The notes under the pieces were generated by a model. It was not told the DNA's origin. It ran no database searches and saw only the letters and a list, made by a program, of their open reading frames with translations. Source: Squalus acanthias (taxonomy: Eukaryota). Taken from it: 64,000 nt of DNA. How positions within the stretch are numbered: position 1 is the stretch's first letter; each line of letters opens with the position of its first letter. Position numbers and translations under genes: made by a program. Of the stretch, positions 44,701 to 59,700 are shown piece after piece. The stretch lies in NCBI GenBank assembly GCA_030390025.1, contig CM059438.1, forward strand, positions 57,042,001-57,106,000, read 5' to 3'.

Positions 44701-47700
44701 GCAGTGTGTTTAATCCCACTGTAAATGAGTGTGACAGCAGTGTGTTTAATCCCATTCTAAATGAGTGTGACAGCAGTGTATTTAATCCCACTATAAATGA
44801 GTGTGACAGCAGTGTGTTTAATCCCACTATAAATGAGTGTGACAGCAGTGTGTTTAATCCCACTATAAATGAGTGTGACAGCAGTGTGTTTAATCCCACT
44901 ATAAGTGAGTGTGACAGCAGTGTGTTTAATCGCACTATAAATGAGTGTGACAGCAGAGTGTTTAATCCCACAATAACTGAGTGTGACAGCAGTGTCTTTA
45001 ATCCCACTATAAATGAGTGGGACAGCAGTGTGTTTAATCGAACTATAAATGAGTGTGACAGCAGTGTGTTTGATCCCACTATAAATTAGTGTGACAGCAG
45101 TGTGTTCAATCCCGCTATAAATGAGTGTGACAGCTGTGTGTTTAATCCCATTATAAATGAGTGTGACAGCTGTGTGTTTAATCCCATTATAAATGAGTGT
45201 GACAGCAGTGTGTTTAATCCCTTAATAAATGAGTGTGACAGCNNNNNNNNNNNNNNNNNNNNNNNNNNNNNNNNNNNNNNNNNNNNNNNNNNNNNNNNNN
45301 NNNNNNNNNNNNNNNNNNNNNNNNNNNNNNNNNNNNNNNNNNNNNNNNNNNNNNNNNNNNNNNNNNNNNNNNNNNNNNNNNNNNNNNNNNNNNNNNNNNN
45401 NNNNNNNNNNNNNNNNNNNNNNNNNNNNNNNNNNNNNNNNNNNNNNNNNNNNNNNNNNNNNNNNNNNNNNNNNNNNNNNNNNNNNNNNNNNNNNNNNNNN
45501 NNNNNNNNNNNNNNATAAATGAGTGTGACAGCAGTGTGTTTAATCCCACTATAAATGAGTGAGACAGCAGTGTGTTTAATCGAGTATAAATGAGTGTGAC
45601 AGCAGTGTGTTTAATCCCATTATAAATGAGTGTGACAGCAGTGTGTTTAATCCCACTATAAATGAGTGTGACAGCAGTGTGTTTAATCCACTATAAATGA
45701 GTGTGACAGCAGTGTGTTTAATCCACTATAAATGAGTGTGACAGCAGTGTGTTTAATCCCACTATAAATGAGTGTGACAGCAGTGTGTTTAATCCCACTA
45801 TAAATGAGTGTGACAGCAGTGTGTTTATTCCCACTATAAATGAGTGTGACAGCAGTGTGTTTAATCCCACTATAAATGAGTGTGACAGCAGTGTGTTTAA
45901 TCCCACTATAAATGAGTGTGACAGCAGTGTGTTTAATCCCACTATAAATGAGTGTGACAGCAGTGTGTTTAATCCCACTATAAATGAGTGTGACAGCAGT
46001 GTGTTTAATCCCACTATAAATGAGTGTGACAGCAGTGTGTTTAATCGCACTATAAATGAGTGTGACAGCAGTGTGTTTAATCCCACTATAAATGAGTGTG
46101 ACAGCAGTGTGTTAATCCCACTATAAATGAGTGTGACAGCAGTGTGTTTAATCCCACTATAAATGAGTGTGACAGCAGTGTGTTTAATCCCACTATAAAT
46201 GAGTGTGACAGCAGTGTGTTTAATCCCACTATAAATGAGTGTGACAGCAGTGTGTTTAATCGAACTATAAATGAGTGTGACAGCAGTGTGTTTAATCCCA
46301 CTATAAATGAGTGTGACAGCAGTGTGTTTAATCCACTATAAATGAGTGTGACAGCAGTGTGTTTAATCCCACTATAAATGAGTGTGACAGCAGTGTGTTT
46401 AATCCCACTATAAATGAGTGTGACAGCAGTGTGTTTAATCCCACTATAAATGAGTGTGACAGCAGTGTGTTTAATCCCACTATAAATGAGTGTGACAGCA
46501 GTGTGTTTAATCCAATATAAATGAGTGTGACAGCAGTGTGTTTAATCCACTATAAATGAGTGTGACAGCAGTGTGCTTTAATCCAATATAAATGAGTGTG
46601 ACAGCAGTGTGTTTAATCGAACTATAATGAGTGTGACAGCAGTGTGTTTATCCACTATAAATGAGTGTGACAGCAGTGTGTTTAATCCCACTATAAATGA
46701 GTGTGACAGCAGTGTGTTTAATCCAATATAAATGAGTGTGACAGCAGTGTGTTTAATCCCACTATAAATGAGTGTGACAGCAGTGTGTTTAATCCCACTA
46801 TAAATGAGTGTGACAGCAGTGTGTTTAATCCCACTATAAATGAGTGTGACAGCAGTGTGTTTAATCCCACTATAAATGAGTGTGACAGCAGTGTGTTTAA
46901 TCCACTATAAATGAGTGTGACAGCTGTGTGTTTAATCCCACTATAAATGAGTGTGACAGCAGTGTGTTTAATCCCACTATAAATGAGTGTGACAGCAGTG
47001 TGTTTAATCCAACTATAAATGAGTGTGACAGCAGTGTTTTAATCCCACTATAAATGAGTGTGACAGCAGTGTGTTTAATCCCACTATAAATGAGTGTGAC
47101 AGCTGTGTGTTTAATCCCACTATAAATGAGTGTGACAGCTGTGTGTTTAATCCCATTATAAATGAGTGTGACAGCAGTGTGTTTAATCGAACTATAATGA
47201 GTGTGACAGCAGTGTGTTTAATCCCACTATAAATGAGTGTGACAGCAGTGTGTTTAATCGAAGTATAAATGAGTGTGACAGCAGTGTGTTTAATCCCACT
47301 ATAAATGAGTGTGACAGCAGTGTGTTTAATCCCACTATAAATGAGTGTGACAGCAGTGTGTTTAATCCACTATAAATGAGTGTGACAGCAGTGTGTTTAA
47401 TCCCACTATAAATGAGTGTGACAGCAGTGTGTTTAATCCCACTATAAATGAGTGTGACAGCAGTGTGTTTAATCCACTATAAATGAGTGTGACAGCAGTG
47501 TGTTTAATCCACTATAAATGAGTGTGACAGCAGTGTGTTTAATCCCACTATAAATGAGTGTGACAGCAGTGTGTTTAATCCCACTATAAATGAGTGTGAC
47601 AGCAGTGTGTTTAATCCCACTATAAATGAGTGTGACAGCAGTGTGTTTAATCGCACTATAAATGAGTGTGACAGCAGTGTGTTTAATCCCACTATAAATG

Positions 47701-50700
47701 AGTGTGACAGCAGTGTGTTTAATCCCACTATAAATGAGTGGGACAGCAGTGTGTTTAATCGAACTATAAATGAGTGTGACAGCAGTGTGTTTAATCCCAC
47801 TATAAATGAGTGTGACAGCAGTGTGTTTAATCCCACTATAAATGAGTGTGACAGCAGTGTGTTTAATCCCACTATAAATGAGTGTGACAGCAGTGTGTTT
47901 AATCCCACTATAAATGAGTGTGACAGCAGTGTGTTTAATCCCACTATAAATGAGTGTGACAGCAGTGTGTTTAATCCCATACTAAATGAGTGTGACAGCA
48001 GTGTGTTTATTCCCAGTATAAATGAGTGTGACAGCAGTGTGTTTAATCCACTATGAAATGAGTGTGACAGCAGTGTGTTTAATCGAAGTATAATGAGTGT
48101 GACAGCAGTGTGTTTAATCCCATTATAAATGAGTGTGACAGCAGTGTGTTTAATCCCACTATAAATGAGTGTGACAGCAGTGTGTTTAATCCCACTATAA
48201 ATGAGTGTGACAGCAGTGTGTTTAATCCCACTATAAATGAGTGTGACAGCAGTGTGTTTAATCCCACTATAAATGAGTGTGACAGCAGTGTGTTTAATCC
48301 CACTATAAATGAGTGTGACAGCAGTGTGTTTAATCCCACTATAAATGAGTGTGACAGCAGTGTGTTTAATCCCACTATAAATGATTGTGACAGCAGTGTG
48401 TTTAATCCCACTATAAATGAGTGTGACAGCAGTGTGTTTAATCACACTATAAATGAGTGTGACAGCAGTGTGTTTAATCCCACTATAAATGAGTGTGACA
48501 GCAGTGTGTTTAATCCCACTATAAATGAGTGTGACAGCAGTGTGTTTAATCCACTTATAAATGAGTGTGACAGCTGTGTGTTTAATCCCACTTAAAAATG
48601 AGTGTGACAGCAGTGTGTTTAATCCCATATAAATGAGTGTGACAGCAGTGTGTTTAATCCCAGTATAAATGAGTGTGACAGCAGTGTGTTTAATCCGCAG
48701 TATAAATGAGTGTGACAGCAGTGTGTTTAATCCCACTATAAATGAGTGTGACAGCAGTGTGTTTAATCCCACTATAAATGAGTGTGACAGCAGTGTGTTT
48801 AATCCCACTATAAATGAGTGTGACAGCAGTGTGTTTAATCCCACTATAAATGAGTGTGACAGCAGTGTGTTTAATCCCACTATAAATGAGTGTGACAGCA
48901 GTGTGTTTAATCGAACTATAATGAGTGTGACAGCAGTGTGTTTAATCCCACTATAAATGAGTGTGACAGCAGTGTGTTTAATCGAAGTATAAATGAGTGT
49001 GACAGCAGTGTGTTTAATCCCACTATAAATGAGTGTGACAGCAGTGTGTTTAATCCCACTATAAATGAGTGTGACAGCAGTGTGTTTAATCCAACTATAA
49101 ATGAGTGTGACAGCAGTGTGTTTAATCCCACGTATAAATGAGTGTGACAGCAGTGTGTTTAATCGAGTATAAATGAGTGTTACAGCAGTGTGTTTAATCC
49201 CACTATAAATGAGTGTGACAGCAGTGTGTTTAATTGAACTATAAATGAGTCTGACAGCAGTGTGTTTAATCCCAGTATAAATGAGTGTGACAGCAGTGTG
49301 TTTAATCCCACTATAAATGATTGTGACAGCAGTGTGTTTAATCGAACTATAAATGAGTGTGACAGCAATGTGTTTAATCCCACTATAAGTGAGTGTGACA
49401 GCAGTGTGTTTAATCCCACTATAAATGAGTGTGACAGCAGTGTGTTTAATCCCACTATAAATGAGTGTGACAGCAGTGTGTTTAATCCCACTATAAATGA
49501 GTGTGACAGCAGAGTCTTTAATCCCACTATAAATGAGTGTGACAGCAGTGTGTTTAATCGAACTATAAATGAGTGTGACAGCAGAGTGTTTAATCCCACA
49601 ATAACTGAGTGTGACAGCAGTGTCTTTAATCCCACTATAAATGAGTGGGACAGCAGTGTGTTTAATCGAACTATAAATGAGTGTGACAGCAGTGTGTTTA
49701 ATCCCACTACAAATGAGTGTGACAGCAGTGTGTTTAATCCCACTATAAATGAGTGTGACAGCAGTGTGTTTAATCCCACTATAAATGAGTGTGACAGCAG
49801 TGTGTTTAATCCCACTATAAATGAGTGTGACAGCAGTGTGTTTAATCCCACTATAAATGAGTGTGACAGCAGTGTGTTTATTCCCACTATAAATGAGTGT
49901 GACAGCAGTGTGTTTAATCCCATTACAAATGAGTGTGACAGCAGTGTGTTTATTCCCAGTATAAATGAGTGTGACAGCAGTGTGCTTAATACTACTATGA
50001 ATGAGTGTGACAGCAGTGTGTTCAATTGAACTATAGATGAGTGTGACAGCAGTGTGTTTAATCCCACTATAAATGAGTGTGACAGCAGTGTGTTTAATCC
50101 CACTGTAAATGAGTGTGACAGCAGTGTGTTTAATCCCATTCTAAATGAGTGTGACAGCAGTGTGTTTAATCCCACTATAAATGAGTGTGACAGCAGTGTG
50201 TTTAATCCCACTATAAATGAGTGTGACAGCAGTGTGTTTAATCCCACTATAAATGAGTGTGACAGCAGTGTGTTTAATCCCACTATAAGTGAGTGTGACA
50301 GCAGTGTGTTTAATCGCACTATAAATGATTGTGACAGCAGTGTGTTTAATCCCACTGTAAATGAGTGTGACAGCAGTGTGTTTAATCACACTATAAATGA
50401 GTGTGACAGCAGTGTGTTTAATCAAACTATAAATGAGTGTGACAGCAGTGTGTTTGATCCCACTATAAATGAGTGTGACAGCAGTGTATTCAATCCCGCT
50501 ATAAATGAGTGTGACAGCTGTGTGTTTAATCCCATTATAAATGAGTGTGACAGCTGTGTGTTTAATCCCATTATAAATGAGTGTGACAGCAGTGTGTTTA
50601 ATCCCTTAATATATGAGTGTGACAGCTGTGTGTTTAATCCCAGTATAAATGAGTGAGACAGCAGTGTGTTTAATCGAAGTATAAATGAGTGTGACAGCAG

Positions 50701-53700
50701 TGTGTTTAATCCCATTATAAATGAGTGTGACAGCTGTGTGTTTAATCCCACTATAAATGAGTGTGACAGCAGTGTGTTTAATCCCACTATAAATGAGTGT
50801 GACAGCTGTGTGTTTAATCCCACTATAAATGAGTGTGACAGCAGTGTGTTTAATCCCAGTATAAATGAGTGAGACAGCAGTGTGTTTAATCGAACTATAA
50901 ATGAGTGTGACAGCAGTGTGTTTAATCCCACTATAAATGAGTGTGACAGCAGTGAGTTTAATCGAAGTATAAATGAGTGTTTTAGCTGTGTGTTTAATCC
51001 CACTATAAATGAGTGTGACAGCAGTGTGTTTAATCCCACTATAAATGAGTGTGACAGCAGTGTGTTTAATCGAACTATAAATGAGTGTGACAGCAGTGTG
51101 TTTAATCGAAGTATAAATGAGTGTTACAGCAGTGTGTTTAATCGAAGTATAAATGAGTGTGACAGCAGTGTGTTTAATCCCACTATAAAGTGAGTGTGAC
51201 AGCAGTGTGTTTAATTGAACTATAAATGAGTGTGACAGCAGTGTGTTTAATCCCACTATAAAGAGTGTGACAGCAGTGTGTTTAATCCCACTATAATGAG
51301 TGTGACAGCAGTGTGTTTAATCCCACTATAAATGAGTGTGACAGCAGTGTGTTTAATCGCACTATAAATGAGTGTGACAGCAGAGTGTTTAATCCCACAA
51401 TAACTGAGTGTGACAGCAGTGTCTTTAATCCCACTATAAATGAGTGGGAATCCCACTATAAAATAGTGTGTGACAGCAGTGTGTTTAATCCCACTACAAA
51501 ATGAGTGTGACAGCAGTGTGTTTAATCCCACTATAAATGAGTGTGACAGCAGTGTGTTTAATCCCACTATAAATGAGTGTGACAGCAGTGTGTTTAATCC
51601 CACTATAAATTGAGTGTGACAGCAGTGTGTTTAATCCGCACTATAAATGAGTGTGACAGCAGTGTGTTTATTCCCACTATAAATGAGTGTGACAGCAGTG
51701 TGTTTAATCCCATTACAATGAGTGTGACAGCAGTGTGTTTAATCCCACTATAAATGAGTGTGACAGCAGTGTGTTTAATCCACTATAATGAGTGTGACAG
51801 CAGTGTGTTAATCCCACTATAAATGAGTGTGACAGCAGTGTGTTTAATCCACTATAAATGAGTGTGACAGCAGTGTGTTTAATCCCACTATAAATGAGTG
51901 TGACAGCAGTGTGTTTAATCCCACTATAAATGAGTGTGACAGCAGTGTGTTTAATCCCACTATAAATGAGTGTGACAGCAGTGTGTTTAATCCACTATAA
52001 ATGAGTGTGACAGCAGTGTGTTTAATCCCACTATAAATGAGTGTGACAGCAGTGTGTTTAATCCCACTATAAATGAGTGTGACAGCAGTGTGTTTAATCC
52101 CACTATAAATGAGTGTGACAGCAGTGTGTTAATCCCACTATAAATGAGTGTGACAGCAGTGTGTTTAATCCCACTATAAATGAGTGTGACAGCAGTGTGT
52201 TTAATCCCACTATAAATGAGTGTGACAGCAGTGTGTTTAATCCCACTATAAATGAGTGTGACAGCAGTGTGTTTAATCCCGCTATAAATGAGTGTGACAG
52301 CAGTGTGTTTAATCCCATTATAAATGAGTGTGACAGCAGTGTGTTTAATCCCACTATAAATGAGTGTGACAGCAGTGTGTTTAATCCCATAATAATGAGT
52401 GTGACAGCAGTGTGTTTAATCCCAGTATAAATGAGTGTGACAGCAGTGTGTTTAATCGAAGTATAAATGAGTGTGACAGCAGTGTGTTTAATCCCATTAT
52501 AAATGAGTGTGACAGCAGTGTGTTTAATCCCACTATAAATGAGTGTGACAGCAGTGTGTTTAATCCCACTATAAATGAGTGTGACAGCTGTGTGTTTAAT
52601 CCCACTATAAATGAGTGTGACAGCAGTGTGTTTAATCCCACTATAAATGAGTGTGACAGCAGTGTGTTTAATCCAACTATAAATGAGTGTGACAGCAGTG
52701 TGTTTAATCCCACTATAAATGAGTGTGACAGCAGTGAGTTTAATCGAAGTATAAATGAGTGTTTTAGCTGTGTGTTTAATCCCACTATAAATGAGTGTGA
52801 CAGCAGTGTGTTTAATCCCACTATAAATGAGTGAGACAGCAGTGTGTTTAATCGAACTATAAATGAGTGTGACAGCAGTGTGTTTAATCGAAGTATAAAT
52901 GAGTGTTTTAGCTGTGTGTTTAATCGAAGTATAAATGAGTGTTTTAGCTGTGTGTTTAATCCCACTATAAATGAGTGTGACAGCAGTGTGTTTAATTGAA
53001 CTATAAATGAGTGTGACAGCAGTGTGTTTAATCCCAGTATAAATGAGTGTGACAGCAGTGTGTTTAATCCCACTATAAATGATTGTGACAGCAGTGATGT
53101 TTAATCGAACTATAAATGAGTGTGACAGCAATGTGTTTAATCCCACTATAAGTGAGTGTGACAGCAGTGTGTTTAATCCCACTATAAATGAGTGTGACAG
53201 CAGTGTGTTTAATCCCACTATAAATGAGTGTGACAGCAGTGTGTTTAATCCCACTATAAATGAGTGTGACAGCAGTGTGTTTAATCCCACTATAAATGAG
53301 TGTGACAGCAGTGTGTTTAATCCCACTATAAATGAGTGTGACAGCAGTGTATTTAATCCCACTATAAGTGAGTGTGACAGCAGTGTGTTTAATCGAACTA
53401 TAAATGAGTGTGATTGCAGTGTGTTTAATCCCACTATAAATGAGTGTGACAGCAGTGTGTTTAATCCACTATAAATGAGTGTGACAGCAGTGTGTTTAAT
53501 CCCACTATAAATGAGTGTGCAGCAGTGTGTTTAATCCACTATAAATGAGTGTGGACAGCAGTGTGTTTAACCCTCTATAAATGAGTGTGACTGCAGTGTG
53601 TTTAATCCACTATAAATGAGTGTGACAGCAGTGTGTTTAAACCCATTATAAATGAGTGTGACAGCAGTGTGTTTAATCCCACTATAAATGAGTGTGACAG

Positions 53701-56700
53701 CAGTGTGTTTATTCCCACTATAAATGAGTGTGACAGCAGTGTGTTTAATCCCATATAAATGAGTGTGACAGCAGTGTGTTTAATTCCCACTATAAATGAG
53801 TGTGACAGCAGTGTGTTTAATCCCACTATAAATGAGTGTGACAGCAGTGTGTTTAATCGCACTATAATGAGTGTGACAGCAGTGTGTTTAATCCCACTAT
53901 AAATGAGTGTGACAGCAGTGTGTTTAATCCCACTATAAATGAGTGTGACAGCAGTGTGTTTAATCACACTATAAATGAGTGTGACAGCAGTGTGTTTAAT
54001 CCACTATAAATGAGTGTGACAGCAGTGTGTTTAATCCCACTATAAATGAGTGTGACAGCAGTGTGTTTAATCGAACTATAAATGAGTGTGACAGCAGTGT
54101 GTTTAATCCACTATAAATGAGTGTGACAGCAGTGTGTTTAATCACTATAAATGAGTGTGACAGCAGTGTGTTTAATCCGCTATAAATGAGTGTGACAGCA
54201 GTGTGTTTAATCCCACTATAAATGAGTGTGACAGCAGTGTGTTTAATCCCACTATAAATGAGTGTGACAGCAGTGTGTTTAATCCCACTATAAATGAGTG
54301 TGACAGCAGTGTGTTTAATCCCACTATAAATGAGTGTGACAGCAGTGTGTTTAATCCCACTATAAATGAGTGTGACAGCAGTGTGTTTAATCCCACTATA
54401 AATGAGTGTGACAGCAGTGTGTTTAATCCCACTATAAATGAGTGTGACAGCAGTGTGTTTAATCCCACTATAAATGAGTGTGACAGCAGTGTGTTTAATC
54501 CATCTATAAATGAGTGTGACAGCAGTGTGTTTAATCCCACTTATAAATGAGTGTGACAGCAGTGTGTTTAATCGCACTATAAATGAGTGTGACAGCAGTG
54601 TGTTTAATCCACTATAAATGAGTGTGACAGCAGTGTGTTTAATCCCATATAAATGAGTGTGACAGCAGTGTGTTTAATCCCACTTATAAATGAGTGTGAC
54701 AGCAGTGTGTTTAATTCGCACTATAAATGAGTGTGACAGCAGTGTGTTTAATCCACTATAAATGAGTGTGACAGCAGTGTGTTTTAATCCCACTATAAAT
54801 GAGTGTGACAGCAGTGTGTTTAATCCCACTATAAATGAGTGTGACAGCAGTGTGTTTAATCCACTATAAATGAGTGTGACAGCAGTGTGTTTAATCCCAC
54901 TATAAATGAGTGTGACAGCAGTGTGTTTAATCCACTATAAATGAGTGTGACAGCAGTGTGTTTAATCCCACTATAAATGAGTGTGACAGCAGTGTGTTTA
55001 ATCCACTATAAATGAGTGTGACAGCAGTGTGTTTAATCGAACTATAAATGAGTGTGACAGCAGTGTGTTTAATCCCACTATAAATGAGTGTGACAGCAGT
55101 GTGTTTAATCCCACTATAAATGAGTGTGACAGCAGTGTGTTTAATCGCACTATAAATGAGTGTGACAGCAGTGTGTTTAATCCCACTATAAATGAGTGTG
55201 ACAGCAGTGTGTTTAATCCCACTATAAATGAGTGTGACAGCAGTGTGTTTTAATCGAACTATACATGAGTGTGACAGCAGTGTGTTTATCCCACTATAAA
55301 TGAGTGTGACGCAGTGTGTTTAATCCCACTATAAATGAGTGTGACAGCAGTGTGTTAATCCCACTATAAATGAGTGTGACAGCAGTGTGTTTAATCCCAT
55401 ATAATGAGTGTGACAGCAGTGTGTTTAATCCCACTATAAATGAGTGTGACAGCAGTGTGTTTAATCCCACTATAAATGAGTGTGACAGCAGTGTGTTTAA
55501 TTCCATTATAAATGAGTGTGACAGCAGTGTGTTTAATCCCACTATAAATGAGTGTGACAGCAGTGTGTTTAATCCCACTATAAATGAGTGTGACAGCAGT
55601 GTGTTTAATCCACTATAATGAGTGTGACAGCAGTGTGTTTAATCCCACTATAAATGAGTGTGACAGCAGTGTGTTTAATCCCACTATAAATGAGTGTGAC
55701 AGCAGTGTGTTTAATCCCACTATAAATGAGTGTGACAGCAGTGTGTTTAATCCCACTATAAATGAGTGTGACAGCAGTGTGTTTAATCCCACTATAAATG
55801 AGTGTGACAGCAGTGTGTTTAATCCCACTATAAATGAGTGTGACAGCAGTGTGTTTAATCCCACTATAAATGAGTGTGACAGCAGTGTGTTTAATCCCAC
55901 TATAAATGAGTGTGACAGCAGTGTGTTTAATCCCACTATAAATGAGTGTGACAGCAGTGTGTTTAATCCCACTATAAATGAGTGTGACAGCAGTGTGTTT
56001 AATCCCACTATAAATGAGTGTGACAGCAGTGTGTTTAATCCATATAAATGAGTGTGACAGCAGTGTGTTTAATCCCACTATAAATGAGTGTGACAGCAGT
56101 GTGTTTAATCCCACTATAAATGAGTGTGACAGCAGTGTGTTTAATCCCACTATAAATGAGTGTGACAGCAGTGTGTTTAATCCCACTCTAAATGAGTGTG
56201 ACAGCAGGTGTGTTTAATCCCACTATAAATGAGTGTGACAGCAGTGTGTTTATTCCCACTATAAATGAGTGTGACAGCAGTGTGTTTAATCCCACTAATA
56301 AATGAGTGTGACAGCAGTGTGTTTAATCACTAAAATGAGTGTTGACAGCAGTGTGTTTAAATCCCACTATAAATGAGTGTAGACAGCAGTGTGTTTAATC
56401 CCACTATAAATGAGTGTGACAGCGTGTGTTTAATCCCACTATAAATGAGTGGTGACAGCAGTGTGTTTAATCAACTATAAAATGAGTGTGACCAGCAGTG
56501 TGTTAATCCCAGCTAGTAAATGAGTGTTACAGCAGTGTGTTTAATCCCCTATAAATGAGTGTGACAGCAGTGTGTTTTAATCCCAGTATAAATGAGTGTG
56601 ACAGCATTGTGTTTTAATCCCACTATAATGAGTGTGACAGGCAGTGTGTTTAATCCCCTTATAAATGAGTGTGACAGCTCTGTGTTTAATCCCACTATAA

Positions 56701-59700
56701 TGAGTGTGACAGCAGTGTGTTTAATCCCACTATAAATGAGTGTGACAGCAGTGTGTTTATCCCACTATAAATGAGTGTGACAGCAGTGTTGCTTAATTCC
56801 ACTATAAATGAGTGTGACAGCAGTGTGTTTAATCCTACTATAAATTGAGTGTGACAGCAGTGTGTTTAATCCCACTATATATGAGTGTGACAGCAGAGTG
56901 TTTAATCCCACTATAAATGAGTGTGACAGCAGGTGTTTAATAACCCATTCTAAATGAGTGTGACAGCAGTGTGTTTATTCCCACAATAAATGAGTGTGAC
57001 AGCAGTGTGTTTAATCCACTATAAATGAGTGTGACAGCAGTGTGTTAAATCCCACTATAAATGAGTGTGACAGCAGTGTGTTTAATCCCACTATAAATGA
57101 GTGTGACAGCAGTGTGTTTAATCGCACTATAAATGAGTGTGACAGCAGTGTGTTTTAATCCCACTATAATGAGTGTGACAGCAGTGTGTTTAATCACACT
57201 ATAAATGAGTGTGACAGCAGTGTGTTTAATCCCACTATAAATGAGTGTGACAGCAGTGTGTTTAATCCCACTATAAATGAGTGTGACAGCAGTGTGTTTA
57301 ATCCCACTATAAATGAGTGTGACAGCAGTGTGTTTAATCCCATTATAAATGAGTGTGACAGCAGTGTGTTTATCCCACTATAAATGAGTGTGACAGCAGT
57401 GTGTTTAATCGCCTATAAATGAGTGTGACAGCAGTGTGTTTAATCCCACTATAAATGAGTGTGACAGCAGTGGTTTAATCCCACTATAAATGAGTGTGAC
57501 AGCAGTGTGTTTTAATCCCACTATAAATGAGTGTGACAGCAGTGTGTTTAATCCCACTATAAATGAGTGTGACAGCAGTGTGTTTAATCCCACTATAAAT
57601 GAGTGTGACAGCAGTGTGTTTAATCCCACTATAAATGAGTGTGACAGCAGTGTGTTTAACCCACTATAAATGGTGTGACAGCAGTGTGTTTAATCGCACT
57701 ATAAATGAGTGTTGACAGCTGTGTGTTTAATCCCACTATAAATGAGTGTGACAGCAGTGTGTTTAAATCACACTATAAATGAGTGTGACAGCAGTGGTCT
57801 TTAATTGAACTATAAATGAGTCTGGACAGCAGTGTGTTTAATCCCACTATAAATGACGTGAGGACAGCAGTGTGTTTAATCGAACTAAATGAGTGTGACA
57901 GCATTGTGTTTAATCCCATATAATGAGTGTGACAGCAGTGTGTTTATCCCACTATAAATGAGTGTGACAGCAGTGTGTTTAATCCCGAACTATAAATGAG
58001 TGTGACAGCAGTGTGTTTAATCCCACAATAAATGAGTGTGACAGCAGTGTGTTTATCCACTATAATGAGTGTGACAGCAGTGTGTTTAATCCCACTATAA
58101 ATGAGTGTGACAGCAGTGTGTTTAATCCACTATAACATGAGTGTGACAGCAGTGTGTTTAATTCCGAATAAAATGAGTGTGACAGCAGTGTGTTTAATCC
58201 CACTATAAATGAGTGTGACAGCAGTGTGTTTAATCCCACTATAAATGAGTGTGACAGCAGTGTGTTTAATCCCACTATAAATGAGTGTGACAGCAGTGTG
58301 TTTAATCGAACTATAAATGAGAGTGTGACAGCAGTGTGTTTAATCCCACTATAAATGAGTGTGACAGCAGTGTGTTTAATCCCACTATAAATGAGTGTGA
58401 CAGCAGTGTGTTTAATCCCACTATAAATGAGTGTGACAGCAGTGTGTTTAATCCCACTATAAATGAGTGTGACAGCAGTGTGTTTAATCCCACTATAAAT
58501 GAGTGTGACAGCAGTGTGTTTAATCCACTATAAATGAGTGTGACAGCAGTGTGTTTAATCCCACTATAAATGAGTGTGACAGCAGTGTGTTTAATCCCAC
58601 TATAAATGAGTGTGACAGCAGTGTGTTTAATCCCACTATAAATGAGTGTGACAGCAGTGTGTTTAATCCCACTATAAATGAGTGTGACAGCAGTGTGTTT
58701 AAACGCACTCTCAGATGAGTGTGACAGCAGTGTGTTTTAATCCACTATAAATGATGTGTGACAGCAGTGTGTTTAATCCCACATATAAATGAGTGTGACA
58801 GCAGTTGTGTTTAATCCCACTATACAATGAGTGTGACAGCAGTGTGGTTTAATCCACTTTAAATGAGTGTGACAAGCAGTGGTATTCAATCGCACTATAA
58901 ATGAGTGTGACAGCAGAGTGTTTAATCCCACTATAAATGAGTGTGACAGCAGTGTCTTTAATCCCAATATAAATGAGTGTGACAGCAGTGTGTTTAAATC
59001 GCCACCATAATGAGTGTGACAGCAGTGTGTTTAATCCCCACTATAAATGAGTGAGCAGCAGTGTGTTTAATCCCACTTATAAATGAGTGTGACAGCAGTT
59101 GTGTTTAATCCCACTATAAATGAGTGTGACAGCAGTGTGTTTAATCCCACTATAAATGAGTGTGACAGCCAGTGTGTTTAATCCCACTATAAATGAGTGT
59201 GACACAGCAGTGTGTTTAATCCCACTATAATGAGTGTGACAGCAGTGTGTTTAATCCCACTATAAATGAGTGTGACAGCAGTGTGTTAATCCGAACTATA
59301 ATGAGTGTGACAGCAGTGTGTTTAATCCCACTATAAATGAGTGTGACAGCAGTGTGTTTAATCCGCACTATAAATGAGTGTGACAGCAGTGTGTTTAATC
59401 CCACTATAAATGAGTGTGACAGCAGGTGTGTTTAATCCACTATAATGAGTGTGACAGCAGTGTGTTTAATCGAACTATAAATGAGTGTGACAGCAGTGTG
59501 TTTAATCCCACTATAAATGAGTGGTGACAGCAGTGTGTTTAATCCCACTATAAATGAGTGTGACAGCAGTGTGGTTTAATCCCACTATAAATGAGTGTGA
59601 CAGCAGTGTGTTTAATCCCACTATAAATGAGTGTGACAGCAGTGTGTTTAAATCCCACTATAAATGAGTGTGACAGCAGTGTGTTTAATCCCACTATAAA

